Source: Porphyridium purpureum
Taxonomy: Eukaryota
DNA length: 64,000 nucleotides
Direction of reading: 5' to 3'
NCBI GenBank assembly: GCA_008690995.1
Contig: VRMN01000001.1
Location: 2,232,001-2,296,000 of the forward strand
The notes beneath the pieces were generated by a model. That model was not told the DNA's origin and did no database searches. It was given only the letters and a program-made list of their open reading frames with translations. A program made the translations under genes and the position numbers. Below are positions 19,756 through 31,170 of this stretch, piece after piece. Every line of letters begins with the position of its first letter. The stretch's first letter is position 1.

Positions 19756-19989
19756 CGCGTCCGCGCCCTCCCGGTCACCAATGTCCGAGCCGACAGACAC
19801 GACCTGAGGATGGCTTCCGAAGTCCACTAGCTTTCTGTCTTGAAGTATCTGTGACGGTTGACGTGCTGAGTTGCGGTTCATGTGATATTTTACATCAAAG
19901 AATTCGTGAAGGCATGAAGGGATCGATGATCTCGCCGCGACTCCTCACCAAAATGTTGTAAAATCAAGTGCGTGCGTCACGCGCTACGG

Positions 19990-22400
19990 CCTTAAGGGAA
20001 TCGCTCCCGGCCCAGCTTGTCTGGTGTAAAGGATAGGCTCCTTGTTGCACTGAACAAGCGGGTTGTCCTGAACGGCACTCTTTGCCTACCGAAAGTAGGC
20101 GATATCCCCGCCGGACCGATGCTAGTACGCATCTTTGCAAGGAGCGGTGTACTGGTGAGCACCATGCTGGTTTGCAGAGCAAGACTTGTTTCGAGCCAGA
20201 GTCAACGCTGTCGAGCTACCTCGATATCAACTGTCAGAGCGCCTCCGCCAGAGCGCCCGCTCGCGTCGATGCTTAAATTTCCCGAATACCGGCGCCTCTT
20301 TGCTAGATTCTGACTCGAACGAGACGTTCCCGGTAATCTCGACCTCATTGGCGTCGTCCATACTCACGGTGATCTATTAATTCCGCCAAGCAAATCGTAG
20401 CTGACAAGCGTTGCGGATTCGGGGCTGTTCATTTCCCCACAATTGGGCATGCAAGACCTCCTCTAATTCTGACTTCAACTGTGTCGTTCCGTCTGCGTCG
20501 TCGGCTTGTACTTGTGCGGATTGGCTGCTTGCTGGTCTCAGAAACAACAACTCAATCGCATCAGCAAACAAAACAATCTCACAGAATCGCGCAGATAAAA
20601 GCGTCCATTTCTGGGGTCTCTCCTAAATGATTCGGTTCCGGAAGGAAGGCAAGTCTTGAACGCACCCAGTGCGAACGAAATGGTCCAGTCACGCGGGCAC
20701 GCGTAACATGTCCTTGCAACCACCATCCACGTAAACTGTCACGTGCTGAACCCCAATGGAAAAGTGGTATGCAAGCCATTCAGGCAGCCGCTCGAGCAAT
20801 GACGGCCGCCAAACTCCGCCGTGAGTTTTCAGCGCTTATTTGGGCGCAACCGTGGTGACCAGCGCGTACCGATTATCTTCAGAAGTGCCTTCCAAGGGAG
20901 CCCTGCGCACGTCGGGGTCCCACTCTCAGAGCGCTAATTCTCTGACACTATTTGTCTATAGACTTGGCTCGAATACAAACTGTCCTGTGGGTTTACCAGG
21001 GTGGAAAGGATAAACTTTTGGGCTTGTGGCGGTGACAAGAATGACGTGCTTTCCCACTCACACAGGTAGAAGGGCCCTGACGGGAGCTCGCTCGCTAACC
21101 TTCGCGCACCGAGCGCAATTCTTCTGGATGTACAAGGTCCAGTTTCGCTCTCATCGCGACACGGTTTTCACAGAAAGGACCCAATTTCATGGAGGAGCAC
21201 TGGTACCAAAAAGGTCTCCCATAGAAAAGTCGAGCTTGCCCGCATGTCTTTCACGGGCGCCTGAAACCGAATCTAGAAGGTGACCACTGCAACAAGCTCC
21301 CTCTCTTGTTAAGGATCTGTGCTCGTCTCACTTCGTGCACCTTCAACACAAGCAGCAGAAAGAATTCGCACTTTTAGAGGCAATTCATGAACCATCCACG
21401 CCTTTTTGGGCGTCGGGACGGGTCCAATGTCTCGAAGCAGTAGAAGGCATCGACATCCAAAGTCCATGTTTGTAGCTATGTCGTGCAAGATACGTCTGCC
21501 AGAGGTACACAAATCGCTTCGATCCTCGTGTTGTCCACCTCAAGATCGCGCCTCTCGCGTATAGCTCGTTGACGCTCGAGTAATCCGTCATGCAAGATGT
21601 TTGAAACGAATGAAAATACTCTTTGCCATCCAGTTCGATACAGTGAAGTTCGCTGCTGCCTTTGTTCCTCCAGCCAATATTTTTCATCGTTTGCAGCTTG
21701 GCAGACGCTCGAACATAAGCCTCAACCGTCTTCAGGTCTGTCCCGTCTGCTATTTCATTCGCAAACGCTCAGTCCGCACGTCCTTTCATGTACCCGATGG
21801 TCTCCTACTCATTCTTTTTCCTGTCCAAACAGTTCTTGGTAATCCGGCTGCGAACGATGGTGGCAACGGTACAGGCGATCGCGCTCTCGCCCATACCCAT
21901 CAATATCCAGATCCGAATCATGCCCGCCGCAGCAGGGACAGCTCGCTTGAGCCGTTTGCCATTGCCCCCACCTTTTTACCGCGTTTTGCTCTCATGTTTT
22001 TTTTTCCCAGTCCACTTGCTTGCCCGCCTGTACTGTTCAGCACCGTTCGCATTTTTTGCTTGGCTGAAGGGTCGCCAGACCGCCCTGATATTTGTCTGCT
22101 CTGAGCATGCAAGTGATCCAAAATGGCCCGCGTGTCACCGCGCCTCCAAGCCGTGTCGAATTTGCCCCTTGCACCGCTCAACACGCAATGAAATGCCTCA
22201 TCAAATGGAAATTTCAGGGGAGGCGTGTGATGCTCTCCATAGGACCGTCGACAGAAAAGCAGCGGGGCAGCACCGAACAGACAAAGTCCCATCAATAACA
22301 CAGCAGACATCGCGACCTGTGGCTTTGTCCTGGTCTTCCTGAAGTGGAACTTAGATGACGACGCGAACTCGGTCAAGGATCCATACGCAAACGTGACATG
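19990..22400 (-). pseudogene. Decayed type II membrane glycosyltransferase, GT92/DUF23-like (boundaries approximate)
   Basis: Frame through 20880-20377 reads ALVTTVAPK*...LLERLPEWLAYHFSIGVQHVTVYVD...PA*LDHFVRTG...II*ERPQ...IVLFADAIELLF...ACQLRFAWRN**. In-frame stops at 20836-38, 20689-91, 20623-25 and 20374-79, plus upstream frameshifts. Hydrophobic anchor SAVLLMGLCLFGAAPLLF near 22250-22310. Confidence 0.7.
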
Positions 22401-22862
22401 TCAGCGCCATCGCCATGCTCCTCGTCGGCTCGTGGACCTCCGCCGTGACCTTCTCCCCGTCGTCCTTGACATACTCTCTTCGGAACCATTGCACGCGGTA
22501 TGCCTCGCATATGTCATGCTGCCTTGGATGTGATCAACACTCATGCACAAGAGTCATCATGTTGTGCCCCGGCAGACAGCGGCACCCCTTTCGCTCCCCG
22601 CACGGAAATCGATCAAGCGGTTCACTGGCGCGAAGTACAGTTGGTGGACATTGGTGAAAAGCAGTAGTGTACAGTGATGAGTGCAAGACAGGGAGGAGGC
22701 GACACGATCTGGTTGGACACAGAGGGTGTGAGAGAATGGTGAGGCGCTGGATGGACAAGCGGACTTTCCCACGAGATGGAGCGTCCATCGAGCACGGGAG
22801 CTGGGCCGGTACTGTCGCGCCCCGGCGTGGGCTCGACGGTGCTGATACCCGAGGCGATGCGG

Positions 22863-23405
22863 ATGTCTGCGCGTGATACTCGCGCGGACGACCTGGCCAA
22901 CCAAAAAAAGAACTTGCCGCTCAATTTGTCGGGCTGGGTGCGCAAGCGCGGCCGCTCGTTCCGCGTCAAGTATCTGCGGTATATGCGCCTCCAGAATAAG
23001 TTCCTGTCGAACCATCGCAACGAGGTACGTCAAAGGCACGAGGGCTTTGTGCGCATCGCGCTTGTTCTTAGCAGCGGGCGTCCTGGATGTTTTTAATGAA
23101 CGCGCTGGTCTGACCGTTCGGCACGTTCTTTGGCTTGCTCATGCGTTCGTTTTCCTCCCGGACTGTTTATATCATCGTGCGGCGCGGCGTCCTGCTGGCT
23201 GGGGGACCTCAAGTTCTCAGCTGAGACCTGGAGTCTGAACATGCGGGAATGCACGGTAAACTCTGATGCCCAAAAGAGAAAGATCAGCATCAGCAAACCC
23301 GGGCAGCACGTGCGTCTGTTCCCGCTGAACGACGACGACTTCCTGCTGTGGTGTCACGCGCTGCAGTGCGCGTCATCCTCGGACAGCAACATCGCTGTAA
23401 GTTAA
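22863..23405 (+). CDS. Small PH-domain protein, 2 exons (22863-23024, 23214-23405), about 117 aa
   Basis: LSGWVRKRGRSFRVKYLRYMRL (PH beta1-2) joins in frame via a GTACGT...CAAG intron (23025-23213) to FSAETWSLNM...FLLWCHAL (PH C-terminal helix with Trp). Confidence 0.8.
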
Positions 23406-23799
23406 CGGCAAGCGCGGGCGCAGCGCATCAGCTGCCGCTGCCACCCGCGCGGCGCCCAGCCCTGCACCAGCCACATCGAATCGCCACCGTAGCCCTCCAA
23501 TGAACGTCAATTCCAATGTAATACCACATTTGAAAGTGATGCGGATTCTGCGCAGCGTGTCGCGCGTGTGTCGGTTCTGTCGCCAGCGGAGATGTGACGC
23601 AAAGCGCTACACAACCGGCATCCCGCGACATCCTCCCCCTCTCCGCTCGTCGTGGAAGCATGTGTGCGCGTGGAGTTCCTATCAAAATAAGACTGTTTCC
23701 ACATAAAAAGGGGGGGATCGCGCGAACACCAACGCGGCACGTGCGGATTGGAGGGAGCGTGTGAGCGTGAGAGGGTGTGAGCCGATGAGCAGGTGGGCT

Positions 23800-23821
23800 G
23801 TGTGTGTCTGTGTGTGTGTGT
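23800..23821. repeat. (GT)n tract in the leader of the amidotransferase gene
   Basis: Direct read. Confidence 0.85.
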
Positions 23822-23962
23822 CTTTTGGAGTGCAGGTATGCAAGAGCGACGCGACGAGACAGCAGCGCGGTCAAGGCACACAACGCGAGCAAGGTGAGGT
23901 TTGACGGAGGGACAGACGGAGTGGTGGGCACAAGTGGAACGGCGACGTCTCGTTCGGACCGA

Positions 23963-25762
23963 ATGGAAGGCGGCGAGGAGTTCCACGGCAGCGCCAGAGG
24001 CCATCTCGGCGTGGCCAGACGAGCGCAGAGGATACGGCGGCGGCGCGTGGAGGAGGGTGCGGATGGCTCGGGCGCCGAGTCGGAGGAGACGGCGTGCGGG
24101 GAGGATTGTGAAATGTGCAGGCAGGAGGAAGAGCAGGAGCATGAGCTCTCGTACCTGTCATGTTCACCCGTGGTTATTGTCAACGCCAGACACGAAGTCG
24201 GCGGCAGTGTCCGCGGAGGTGAGCCAGGCGTCGGCGTGAGTTTCATGTCCGAGCACACGCGTGCGTCGGGCGGCGGGTTTCTTGGGATGGGGCTCTTGCC
24301 GCACACGCGCCAAAAGTGCGCGCAACCGAATTCGCCCTACAGCATGTCTCCGTCGACTCGCGGGTCAAACGTCTTGGCGCATCTGGCAAGCTCAGCGGCC
24401 GCGGCAGCGTCTGCACCGCATACGTCCGCTGCTGCCACAGGCAGTTTTAGCGGTGAGGGAAGTCCGGGGAATACTGGCTCGCGTAGTCCGGCGGCGTCAC
24501 ACTCTTCTCGTAGAGCGTCAGAGTTGCACAACTCAAGTACGGCTGACATGATGAAAGGTTTTAGGAGTTATTCCGCATCTCCTAGCTCTATTTCGTCCAA
24601 GCTTCGCTCGTCGGCGTTGCACTTGGAGTCACCACCCGCCATCAAACTGGGTCTTGAAATTCCGCGCGTGGCTGTGGTAAGTCGCGGCTTCATTCGGAAA
24701 AATAAGCTTGTTGACTTTGTGGGAAGCTACCATTCCGAGCTGTTGGTCCAGTTTGGAGCATGTCCCCTGATTGTGCCCCGCGTCGCGGGAGTACAAGCGC
24801 TACTTGACGCGTACGAGCCTCTTTCCGGTGTTCTACTGATTGAAGGACAGGACATTGACCCAGAACTCTGCAATCCGTCGGGACAGCTGCCCGAGCAAGG
24901 CGCCCAGATGGACAGTGAAACGCTCGCACGTGTTAAACAATTGCATTCAGACACGCAAATTGACCGAGGCAAGGACAACATTGAATTTGAGCTTGTTCGA
25001 AGGTGCATGGCGCGCGGCATCCCATTCCTCGGGATCTGCCGAGGATGCCAAGTGCTGAATGTGGTGAATGGTGGGACCTTGTACGCGGATGTGGAAACAG
25101 AGCTCGGTGCACTCAATCCAGAAACATCCACAAAGCACATCGACTATTCTGCGAACTACGACTTGCACCGGCACCCGGTTGCACTAGTACCTGGGACACC
25201 GCTGACCGAATGGTTTCAGGTAGACACCTTGTTGGTGAATAGCTACCACCACCAGGGCGTTCAAAAGTTGGCTCCGCGATTTGTGCCCATGGCGCATGCC
25301 CCAGACGGCTTGATAGAGGCGTTTTACGATCCTCTCGAATACGACCCAAAAAATGGCAAGTTCTGCGTTGGACTGCAATTCCATCCCGAGCGACTGCGAT
25401 TCGCCAATTCGGGCGAATTTGAGCACGAAGGGTGTCCGCGTGTGTATGAATCATTTGTGGAGGCGTGCAAGGCCTACTGTTTCAAGGAAGCAGAGCGCGT
25501 CCGGCGCGACATTGAAATGGACAAGATGCGCTACTTGGTTCGGCACTTGAGTGTTTGGGACCGGGCTCAAGTTGTGACGCGCTCGCAGGCTTCTCCGGCC
25601 CATCCTCTGATTGTCTCGCAGCAGCAACAACAACAACAGCCAAAACAACACCAAAGCGACAGAGAGCATCAGTCCCTCTCGATGTCGATGCCCAAGTACA
25701 ATACGAGTTCGGGATTTCTCAACCGATACAATCCGCGACCGCCAGATAGTGAGACGGGATAG
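23963..25762 (+). CDS. Class I glutamine amidotransferase (peptidase C26/PuuD family), plant GAT1_2.1-like, with a long Ser-rich N-terminal extension (start uncertain)
   Basis: PRVAVVSR..IRKNKLVDFVG.YH, LLIEGQDIDP, PFLGICRGCQ (catalytic Cys), VNSYHHQG, GLQFHPE. Confidence 0.9.
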   Translation: MEGGEEFHGSARGHLGVARRAQRIRRRRVEEGADGSGAESEETACGEDCEMCRQEEEQEHELSYLSCSPVVIVNARHEVGGSVRGGEPGVGVSFMSEHTRASGGGFLGMGLLPHTRQKCAQPNSPYSMSPSTRGSNVLAHLASSAAAAASAPHTSAAATGSFSGEGSPGNTGSRSPAASHSSRRASELHNSSTADMMKGFRSYSASPSSISSKLRSSALHLESPPAIKLGLEIPRVAVVSRGFIRKNKLVDFVGSYHSELLVQFGACPLIVPRVAGVQALLDAYEPLSGVLLIEGQDIDPELCNPSGQLPEQGAQMDSETLARVKQLHSDTQIDRGKDNIEFELVRRCMARGIPFLGICRGCQVLNVVNGGTLYADVETELGALNPETSTKHIDYSANYDLHRHPVALVPGTPLTEWFQVDTLLVNSYHHQGVQKLAPRFVPMAHAPDGLIEAFYDPLEYDPKNGKFCVGLQFHPERLRFANSGEFEHEGCPRVYESFVEACKAYCFKEAERVRRDIEMDKMRYLVRHLSVWDRAQVVTRSQASPAHPLIVSQQQQQQQPKQHQSDREHQSLSMSMPKYNTSSGFLNRYNPRPPDSETG

Positions 25763-25870
25763 TTCATGCTTCTGAGGGTTCCATGAATGAAGAGATGGCG
25801 TTCTCTGCTTCCATAAATTTACATACGATCTGGACAAATACACTAACTTTTCAACTCCCGGCGCGCCCGT

Positions 25871-28147
25871 TCACTCTACACTATACTTCTCCCTAGCGAG
25901 CTTGCTCAGCGGAGACCAAAGAAAGCGATTTGTGGCAAGAACAATGATGGACATGACAAGTGTACCGGCGAGAAGCAGCGCACTGTCTCCCTTGGCGGCA
26001 GCGCTCGAGATGAGCGCTCCCAGCCCTCGTGTTTGCAAAACGCCGCCGTGGAAACTTACGTACTCGCTCACAATGCTTGCATTCCACGCGCCTCCCACCG
26101 CCGTGATTACACCGGTAAGCAGGTACGGAAAAATGCCTGGCAATATTAGCGTGCGCCAACGTAGGGCTGCATTCGAGCCGCCAAAGACGTCGCTTGCCTC
26201 AAAAAGCTCTGGAGGAATGGCGAGTGTCCCGGCAATGCAGTTGAAAAGCACAAACCAGCACGTGCCCAGCATCATCAGCAGTACCGAGCCGATCTGAATA
26301 CCGCCGCCGACATTGGCCAAACCGAGAAGTAGTACAGGGAACAAGGCTGTTGCAGGTACTGAAGCGGCGATCTGCACCAGCGGCTGCACGCGTGCTGCCA
26401 GTTTGGGGTCGCGGCCCACGGCGACGCCGAGCGGCACCGTCCACACCATGCTGAGCATCAGCGAGGCAATGACGCGCAAGAGAGTAAAAGCTGATCCGAT
26501 GGCAATCTCGCGCCAGCTTGCCCACGGTATGGTGCGCAAAATCGTGCACGATTTTAGCCCATACACAAGAGTGAGGGCACTGAGCGCAATTTTAAACGCC
26601 CAGCCGAGAACCGCACGAGTCTGCCTAATTCGCGAGCCCACCGCTATCCGGATCGGATCCGGCAGCCAGCCAATCTCGAGCTTTGCTGCGGGCACTTGTG
26701 CGATTGACGCACGAGCAACCTTTTTATGCACTGATCCCTGCCCAAATTTCAAATTCGTAAAATCGTTCCACAGTGGGCGTACCACATTCTCTCCAAGTGC
26801 ACGGACGAGCACCGATCGCTTGGCGAGCAGCGCGAGCGGCGAGATACTTGCGCCACCATCAGATCGATTCATGCTACCGCGAGATGACCCAAACTTGAAT
26901 CGCTCCGACCAAGCAATGAGCGGCTGCCACAGGAGCACGTCGGTAACTATAATGATGCAAATCACGACGGCAAGGCCGTATCCGACTGCACGAAAGTCGG
27001 AAACATCCGCAGCGTGCGCCAGGAAGGAGCCGAGGCCCGGAAGCTGAAACTTCTCGGCGCCGAGTTCAAAGGATTCGATCGAGATGAGAAAGAACCAACC
27101 GCCGGCGACGGACATAATGCTATTCCAGACCAATGAAATTATGCCGGCTGGAAACTCAAGCGTCCAAAAGCGCTTCCACGCGCTGAGTTGCAAAACCTCG
27201 GCCACCTCCCGCAGCTCCCGCGGAATGCTAATGAGCGCCTGGTAAAAGCCGAGGATCATGTTCCAAACCATGGCGGTAAAGAGCAGCAGCGTGGCTGCCA
27301 ACTCCACGCCAATGCGTGCGCCAGGGAACATTCGGATGAGGCCATACACCACGGCTGGCACAAACGAGAGCAGTGGGATCGACTGCAGCACGTCAATGAC
27401 AATCATGAGCAGCTGGGCGGCAACCGGCACGCGGTATGCCGTATACGCGTAACCCACCGCAAAGAAGAGCGACAGCACGTACGCAAAAGTCATACGCAGG
27501 ACGGATTGCATGGCGAGCCAAGGCAGCGCAGCAGGCGTCAAGTCCACGGGTGCTCGCGTGTAAGGCCCCATCACCACTGTGGCAGACGCCGTAAACACAA
27601 GGTAAGTGGCGCCAATGAGAACCGCGAGCAGCACGAGATCACTAACTTTGGGGAGCAGCACGTTGCTAAAGTCTGGCATCCGTGCGTTTTGGATCGCGCG
27701 GCGCTGGAGCTCCGAGTACGATGACGGGCTTTCGGTGCGCACGCTGTCGTCACTCTCCGATTCATAGTCGTAGTCGCCTTCCAACGCAAACGTGTCGACC
27801 TGCGGATGATCTGCACCACCCTGCTGCTCGGCACGACGGGGCGCCACGGAGCCTTTCTCCACATCACTCTGTCCTCGGCTCTCCGCGCCATTCACGGGCT
27901 TGCCATCAGAACCTGGGCCATCAGCAGCACCCGATGCCGAGCTGCGGAGCCGCGCAGCATGCGCGCGCGCGCCGCGCCTCGATGTCGCATGTCTGACGGC
28001 GCACGCGCGTTTGTCGAGCACCAAACGACACGCGCATCCAGCATCAACAAGAGCACGACCGCCAAACAGAGCCGCACCAGAAGCAACAAACGCGTGAGGC
28101 GCGTGGGATGAACCGGCGCCCGATCTACAGCCAGCATGCAAGTCCAT
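25871..28147 (-). CDS. Bacterial-type ABC importer permease with duplicated membrane domains (NitT/TauT anion-transport type) and a plastid-transit-like N-terminus
   Basis: DVLQSIPLLSF, WNM..GFYQAL.SIPRELREVA (EAA-like loop), LVWNSIMSVAGGWFFL, ASVPATALFP, GGAWNASIVSEY. About 150-aa extension with HAFV and an Arg/Ala/Ser-rich stretch. Confidence 0.88.
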   Translation of the reverse strand: MDLHAGCRSGAGSSHAPHAFVASGAALFGGRALVDAGCACRLVLDKRACAVRHATSRRGARAHAARLRSSASGAADGPGSDGKPVNGAESRGQSDVEKGSVAPRRAEQQGGADHPQVDTFALEGDYDYESESDDSVRTESPSSYSELQRRAIQNARMPDFSNVLLPKVSDLVLLAVLIGATYLVFTASATVVMGPYTRAPVDLTPAALPWLAMQSVLRMTFAYVLSLFFAVGYAYTAYRVPVAAQLLMIVIDVLQSIPLLSFVPAVVYGLIRMFPGARIGVELAATLLLFTAMVWNMILGFYQALISIPRELREVAEVLQLSAWKRFWTLEFPAGIISLVWNSIMSVAGGWFFLISIESFELGAEKFQLPGLGSFLAHAADVSDFRAVGYGLAVVICIIIVTDVLLWQPLIAWSERFKFGSSRGSMNRSDGGASISPLALLAKRSVLVRALGENVVRPLWNDFTNLKFGQGSVHKKVARASIAQVPAAKLEIGWLPDPIRIAVGSRIRQTRAVLGWAFKIALSALTLVYGLKSCTILRTIPWASWREIAIGSAFTLLRVIASLMLSMVWTVPLGVAVGRDPKLAARVQPLVQIAASVPATALFPVLLLGLANVGGGIQIGSVLLMMLGTCWFVLFNCIAGTLAIPPELFEASDVFGGSNAALRWRTLILPGIFPYLLTGVITAVGGAWNASIVSEYVSFHGGVLQTRGLGALISSAAAKGDSALLLAGTLVMSIIVLATNRFLWSPLSKLAREKYSVE

Positions 28148-29187
28148 CCTTCATCGTAGCACCGCCACCACCTCACCCGACCACGACGTTCACCAGCATC
28201 ACGCCACCTCGCATCCCCACGCCATGCGCGCAAACCCTACCATCCCCCAATACCCACTGTACCCCAACTGAGCACCCACAGTACACGCACGTGAACCACT
28301 TAACCGACACCGAAACCCACCGGTTCAAGTCGAAACCGCGCGCGTTAGTTATAGTGTACAGTGCATGGCTGGATAAATCTCGGCATGGTAACTCACCATG
28401 TTGTCCCCTGTACTTGGGAGTCTGTTTTTTTTTTCCTCCCCCTTTCCGAGTGCGTCTTTAGTAGAAAGCAAGTGTCATTTTTTGATGACTGGATTCAAGA
28501 CCGTAGTAACAGCAGTGAACTAAACAGATGAACACGATACGGTCCATTGACTACTTTTAGTAACAAGACTGGGATGAAAAAGAAGGTGTGGTGACTGACT
28601 GACTGACTGACGCACGGGCGTCGTAGATGAAACCAAGACAAAAAACAAATAAACAAATGCAGGAAGGAAAGAAGGCATAAGGAGGCGAGAGGGGGGAAAA
28701 AAGGTACAAGGAGAAAGAATAAGGGATAAAGTGGATGGGTTGGTTGGGTGTGAGGGAAGGAGGGCGCATTGGACGGGAGTGGAGTGGGTAGATCGAGGGA
28801 TGGATGCATGGAGTCGGAATGAGTGAGAGAGATACGAACGGTGTTGTGCAGCTGGGTTGGTGGAAGTGCAAGAAGGTTGGGTTGTGAGTGAGTGGTAGAA
28901 AGGGCGACGCGGACGGCTGGGTTTGTCACGCAGCGCGGTGCGCGAAAGGTGCGAGACGGCGCGCAGCGGGAAGAGGGGAGGAGTGTCGGTGCAAGGCTCG
29001 AGATTCGTGCGTGAGGAGCGCGAGGTGAGGGGAGGGAGGAAGGGGAAGGGGAGGTTGCGGCCGCGCGCAGGCGGATAATCGTGCGTGCGTGCGCGCGCTC
29101 GGGCGGGGTCGGACGGCCGTGCGTGATCGGGGCACGACTGCGCGGAAGAAGGGAGCAGACACGAAACGCAGGGAGTGAAGCATCGCC

Positions 29188-30324
29188 ATGGGGGATGTGG
29201 AGACGGAAAAACTGGGCGCCCGGGAGGTGGATCCGCGCCAGTCTTTTACATATTCAGCCGTCAAGGTGATTGGCAATGGATCGTTTGGCGTCGTGTTCCA
29301 AGCGACCGTCGGCGAGACCGGCGAGACGGTAGCGATCAAGAAGGTGCTGCAAGACAAGAGGTTCAAGAATCGGGAGCTCCAGATCATGCGATCATTGGAC
29401 CATCCGAATGTCGTCATGCTCAAGCACTGCTTCTATTCGCAAGGTGACAAGCCCGATGAAGTGTTTTTGAACGTGGTCATGGAGTACGTTCCGGAGACAG
29501 TTTACTCGGTGTCACGGCAATTCAAAGGGCAAAAGAAGCCCGTGCCTTTGATCTACGTCAAGGTGTACACGTACCAGCTTCTTCGCAGCCTCATGTACAT
29601 CCATGCGCGCGGGATGTGCCACCGGGACATCAAGCCGCAGAATCTGCTTGTGGATCCAGAGACGCACATATTGAAGCTGTGCGACTTTGGCAGCGCCAAG
29701 ATGCTTGTGAAGGGCGAGCCCAATATTTCTTACATTTGTTCGCGCTATTATCGCGCGCCAGAGCTTATTTTCGGAGCCACAGATTACAGCTGTGCAATTG
29801 ACGCGTGGAGCGCTGGATGCGTCATGGCGGAGCTCATGCTCAGTCACCCTGTGTTTCCTGGCGAATCGTGCGTGGATCAGCTTGTTGAGATCATTAAGGT
29901 TCTGGGTACACCTACGAAGGACGAAATCGTGTCCATGAATAATACATACACGGAACTTTTCAAGTACCCGCAGATCAAGCCTCTCCAGTGGTCCAAGGTG
30001 ATGGCAAAGGCCAAGAATGTTACGCAGGATGCTTTGGATCTCTTATCTCAACTGCTCGTATACGACCCGGTGAAGCGGATGAAACCCTTGGATGCACTGG
30101 CGCATCCATTCTTTGACGAACTGCGCGACCCGTCCGCCAAGCTACCGTCAACAAGACCGGAAGGTGGACGCTCGTTTCCGCCCCTGTTCGACTTTAGCGA
30201 GCTCGAGTGGCACGTCTGCGCGGATGTCGGGCGCAAGATATTACCTCTCAAGCACTACGAACAACTACAGAGCAAGTTTGGACCGGCGTCAAGAAGCAAA
30301 GCGGACGCACTGAGCAAGGCTTAG
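29188..30324 (+). CDS. GSK3: Glycogen synthase kinase-3 / shaggy-like kinase
   Basis: [53 protein letters not shown]. Confidence 0.97.
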   Translation: MGDVETEKLGAREVDPRQSFTYSAVKVIGNGSFGVVFQATVGETGETVAIKKVLQDKRFKNRELQIMRSLDHPNVVMLKHCFYSQGDKPDEVFLNVVMEYVPETVYSVSRQFKGQKKPVPLIYVKVYTYQLLRSLMYIHARGMCHRDIKPQNLLVDPETHILKLCDFGSAKMLVKGEPNISYICSRYYRAPELIFGATDYSCAIDAWSAGCVMAELMLSHPVFPGESCVDQLVEIIKVLGTPTKDEIVSMNNTYTELFKYPQIKPLQWSKVMAKAKNVTQDALDLLSQLLVYDPVKRMKPLDALAHPFFDELRDPSAKLPSTRPEGGRSFPPLFDFSELEWHVCADVGRKILPLKHYEQLQSKFGPASRSKADALSKA

Positions 30325-30764
30325 GTCGAAATGTGTTCAGAAATCGGCCGTGCAGATCATTGCGGAGCATTCGTGGATGGGGATCCTGTGGGAGCAGAGA
30401 GTCTCCATCCAGGAAGCCAGCGATGCGAAAGATGTGGAAAACAGGTCGGAGGAGAAGATGAGGTCTCATGTGTCCGCTCTCTTTGAGCGCCTCTGGGGTT
30501 GTCTTTTTTGCCTCCAGTGTCCGTTTGTGACTGAGTAGTGTACCAAGCGTTTAATCTTTGGCAGCCCTGGATCCAAATTATGAGGGGTCGATATCCTGTT
30601 CGTGCCAAGCGGCAGTCCACGACGCCCTTTTCTTCTTTTTGTAACGTCCTTTCATTGCAGGCCCTTTCTTCAACACAAAAAAAAATTTTAACGAATAAAG
30701 CTGTGCGGCGCACCCGCTGTTCGAATCCAACGATCTGCAAAAGTCGCTGACAGGTGCCTCACAG

Positions 30765-30795
30765 ACGGAATCGGAACGGAATCGGAACGGAATCG
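30765..30795. repeat. Tandem repeat, 11-bp unit ACGGAATCGGA, about 2.8 copies
   Basis: acggaatcgga acggaatcgga acggaatcg. Confidence 0.85.
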
Positions 30796-30843
30796 AACCC
30801 AAGCCCAGGCGAAGACTGACCACGTGTCGAATGAGTCGTTCGC

Positions 30844-31170
30844 TCACATTCGACCTTGTTGGATAAAGTTGATTCTCAACTCCGAGTCAAAACCAAACTT
30901 GATGAAAATTGTGATGGTGAGAAATCCGACGCCCATCTTCCGCTTCATGATAACGCTCTTTCCATCCGTATCCGTCTGGGCCTCGCCCCACTTGCTACCC
31001 GACGGCTTGTGCTTTTCCAAATGCGCGACGAACTCGTCCGGGCTCCTGATGTCCTCGCCGCGACCGCCGAGAAAGTGGAAATCGTCGGCCAGCAGCTTTC
31101 TCAGCTCAACGTAATTTGTGCTCTCGCGCAGCTCACAATACTTGTTCGCGCGTTCATACTTGGCCTCCAT
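30844..31170 (-). CDS. Small NTF2/SnoaL-like fold protein
   Basis: ELRKLLADDFHFLG...IRSPDEFVAHL, C-terminal beta-strands FGFDSELRI; natural-looking composition. Confidence 0.65.
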   Translation of the reverse strand: MEAKYERANKYCELRESTNYVELRKLLADDFHFLGGRGEDIRSPDEFVAHLEKHKPSGSKWGEAQTDTDGKSVIMKRKMGVGFLTITIFIKFGFDSELRINFIQQGRM

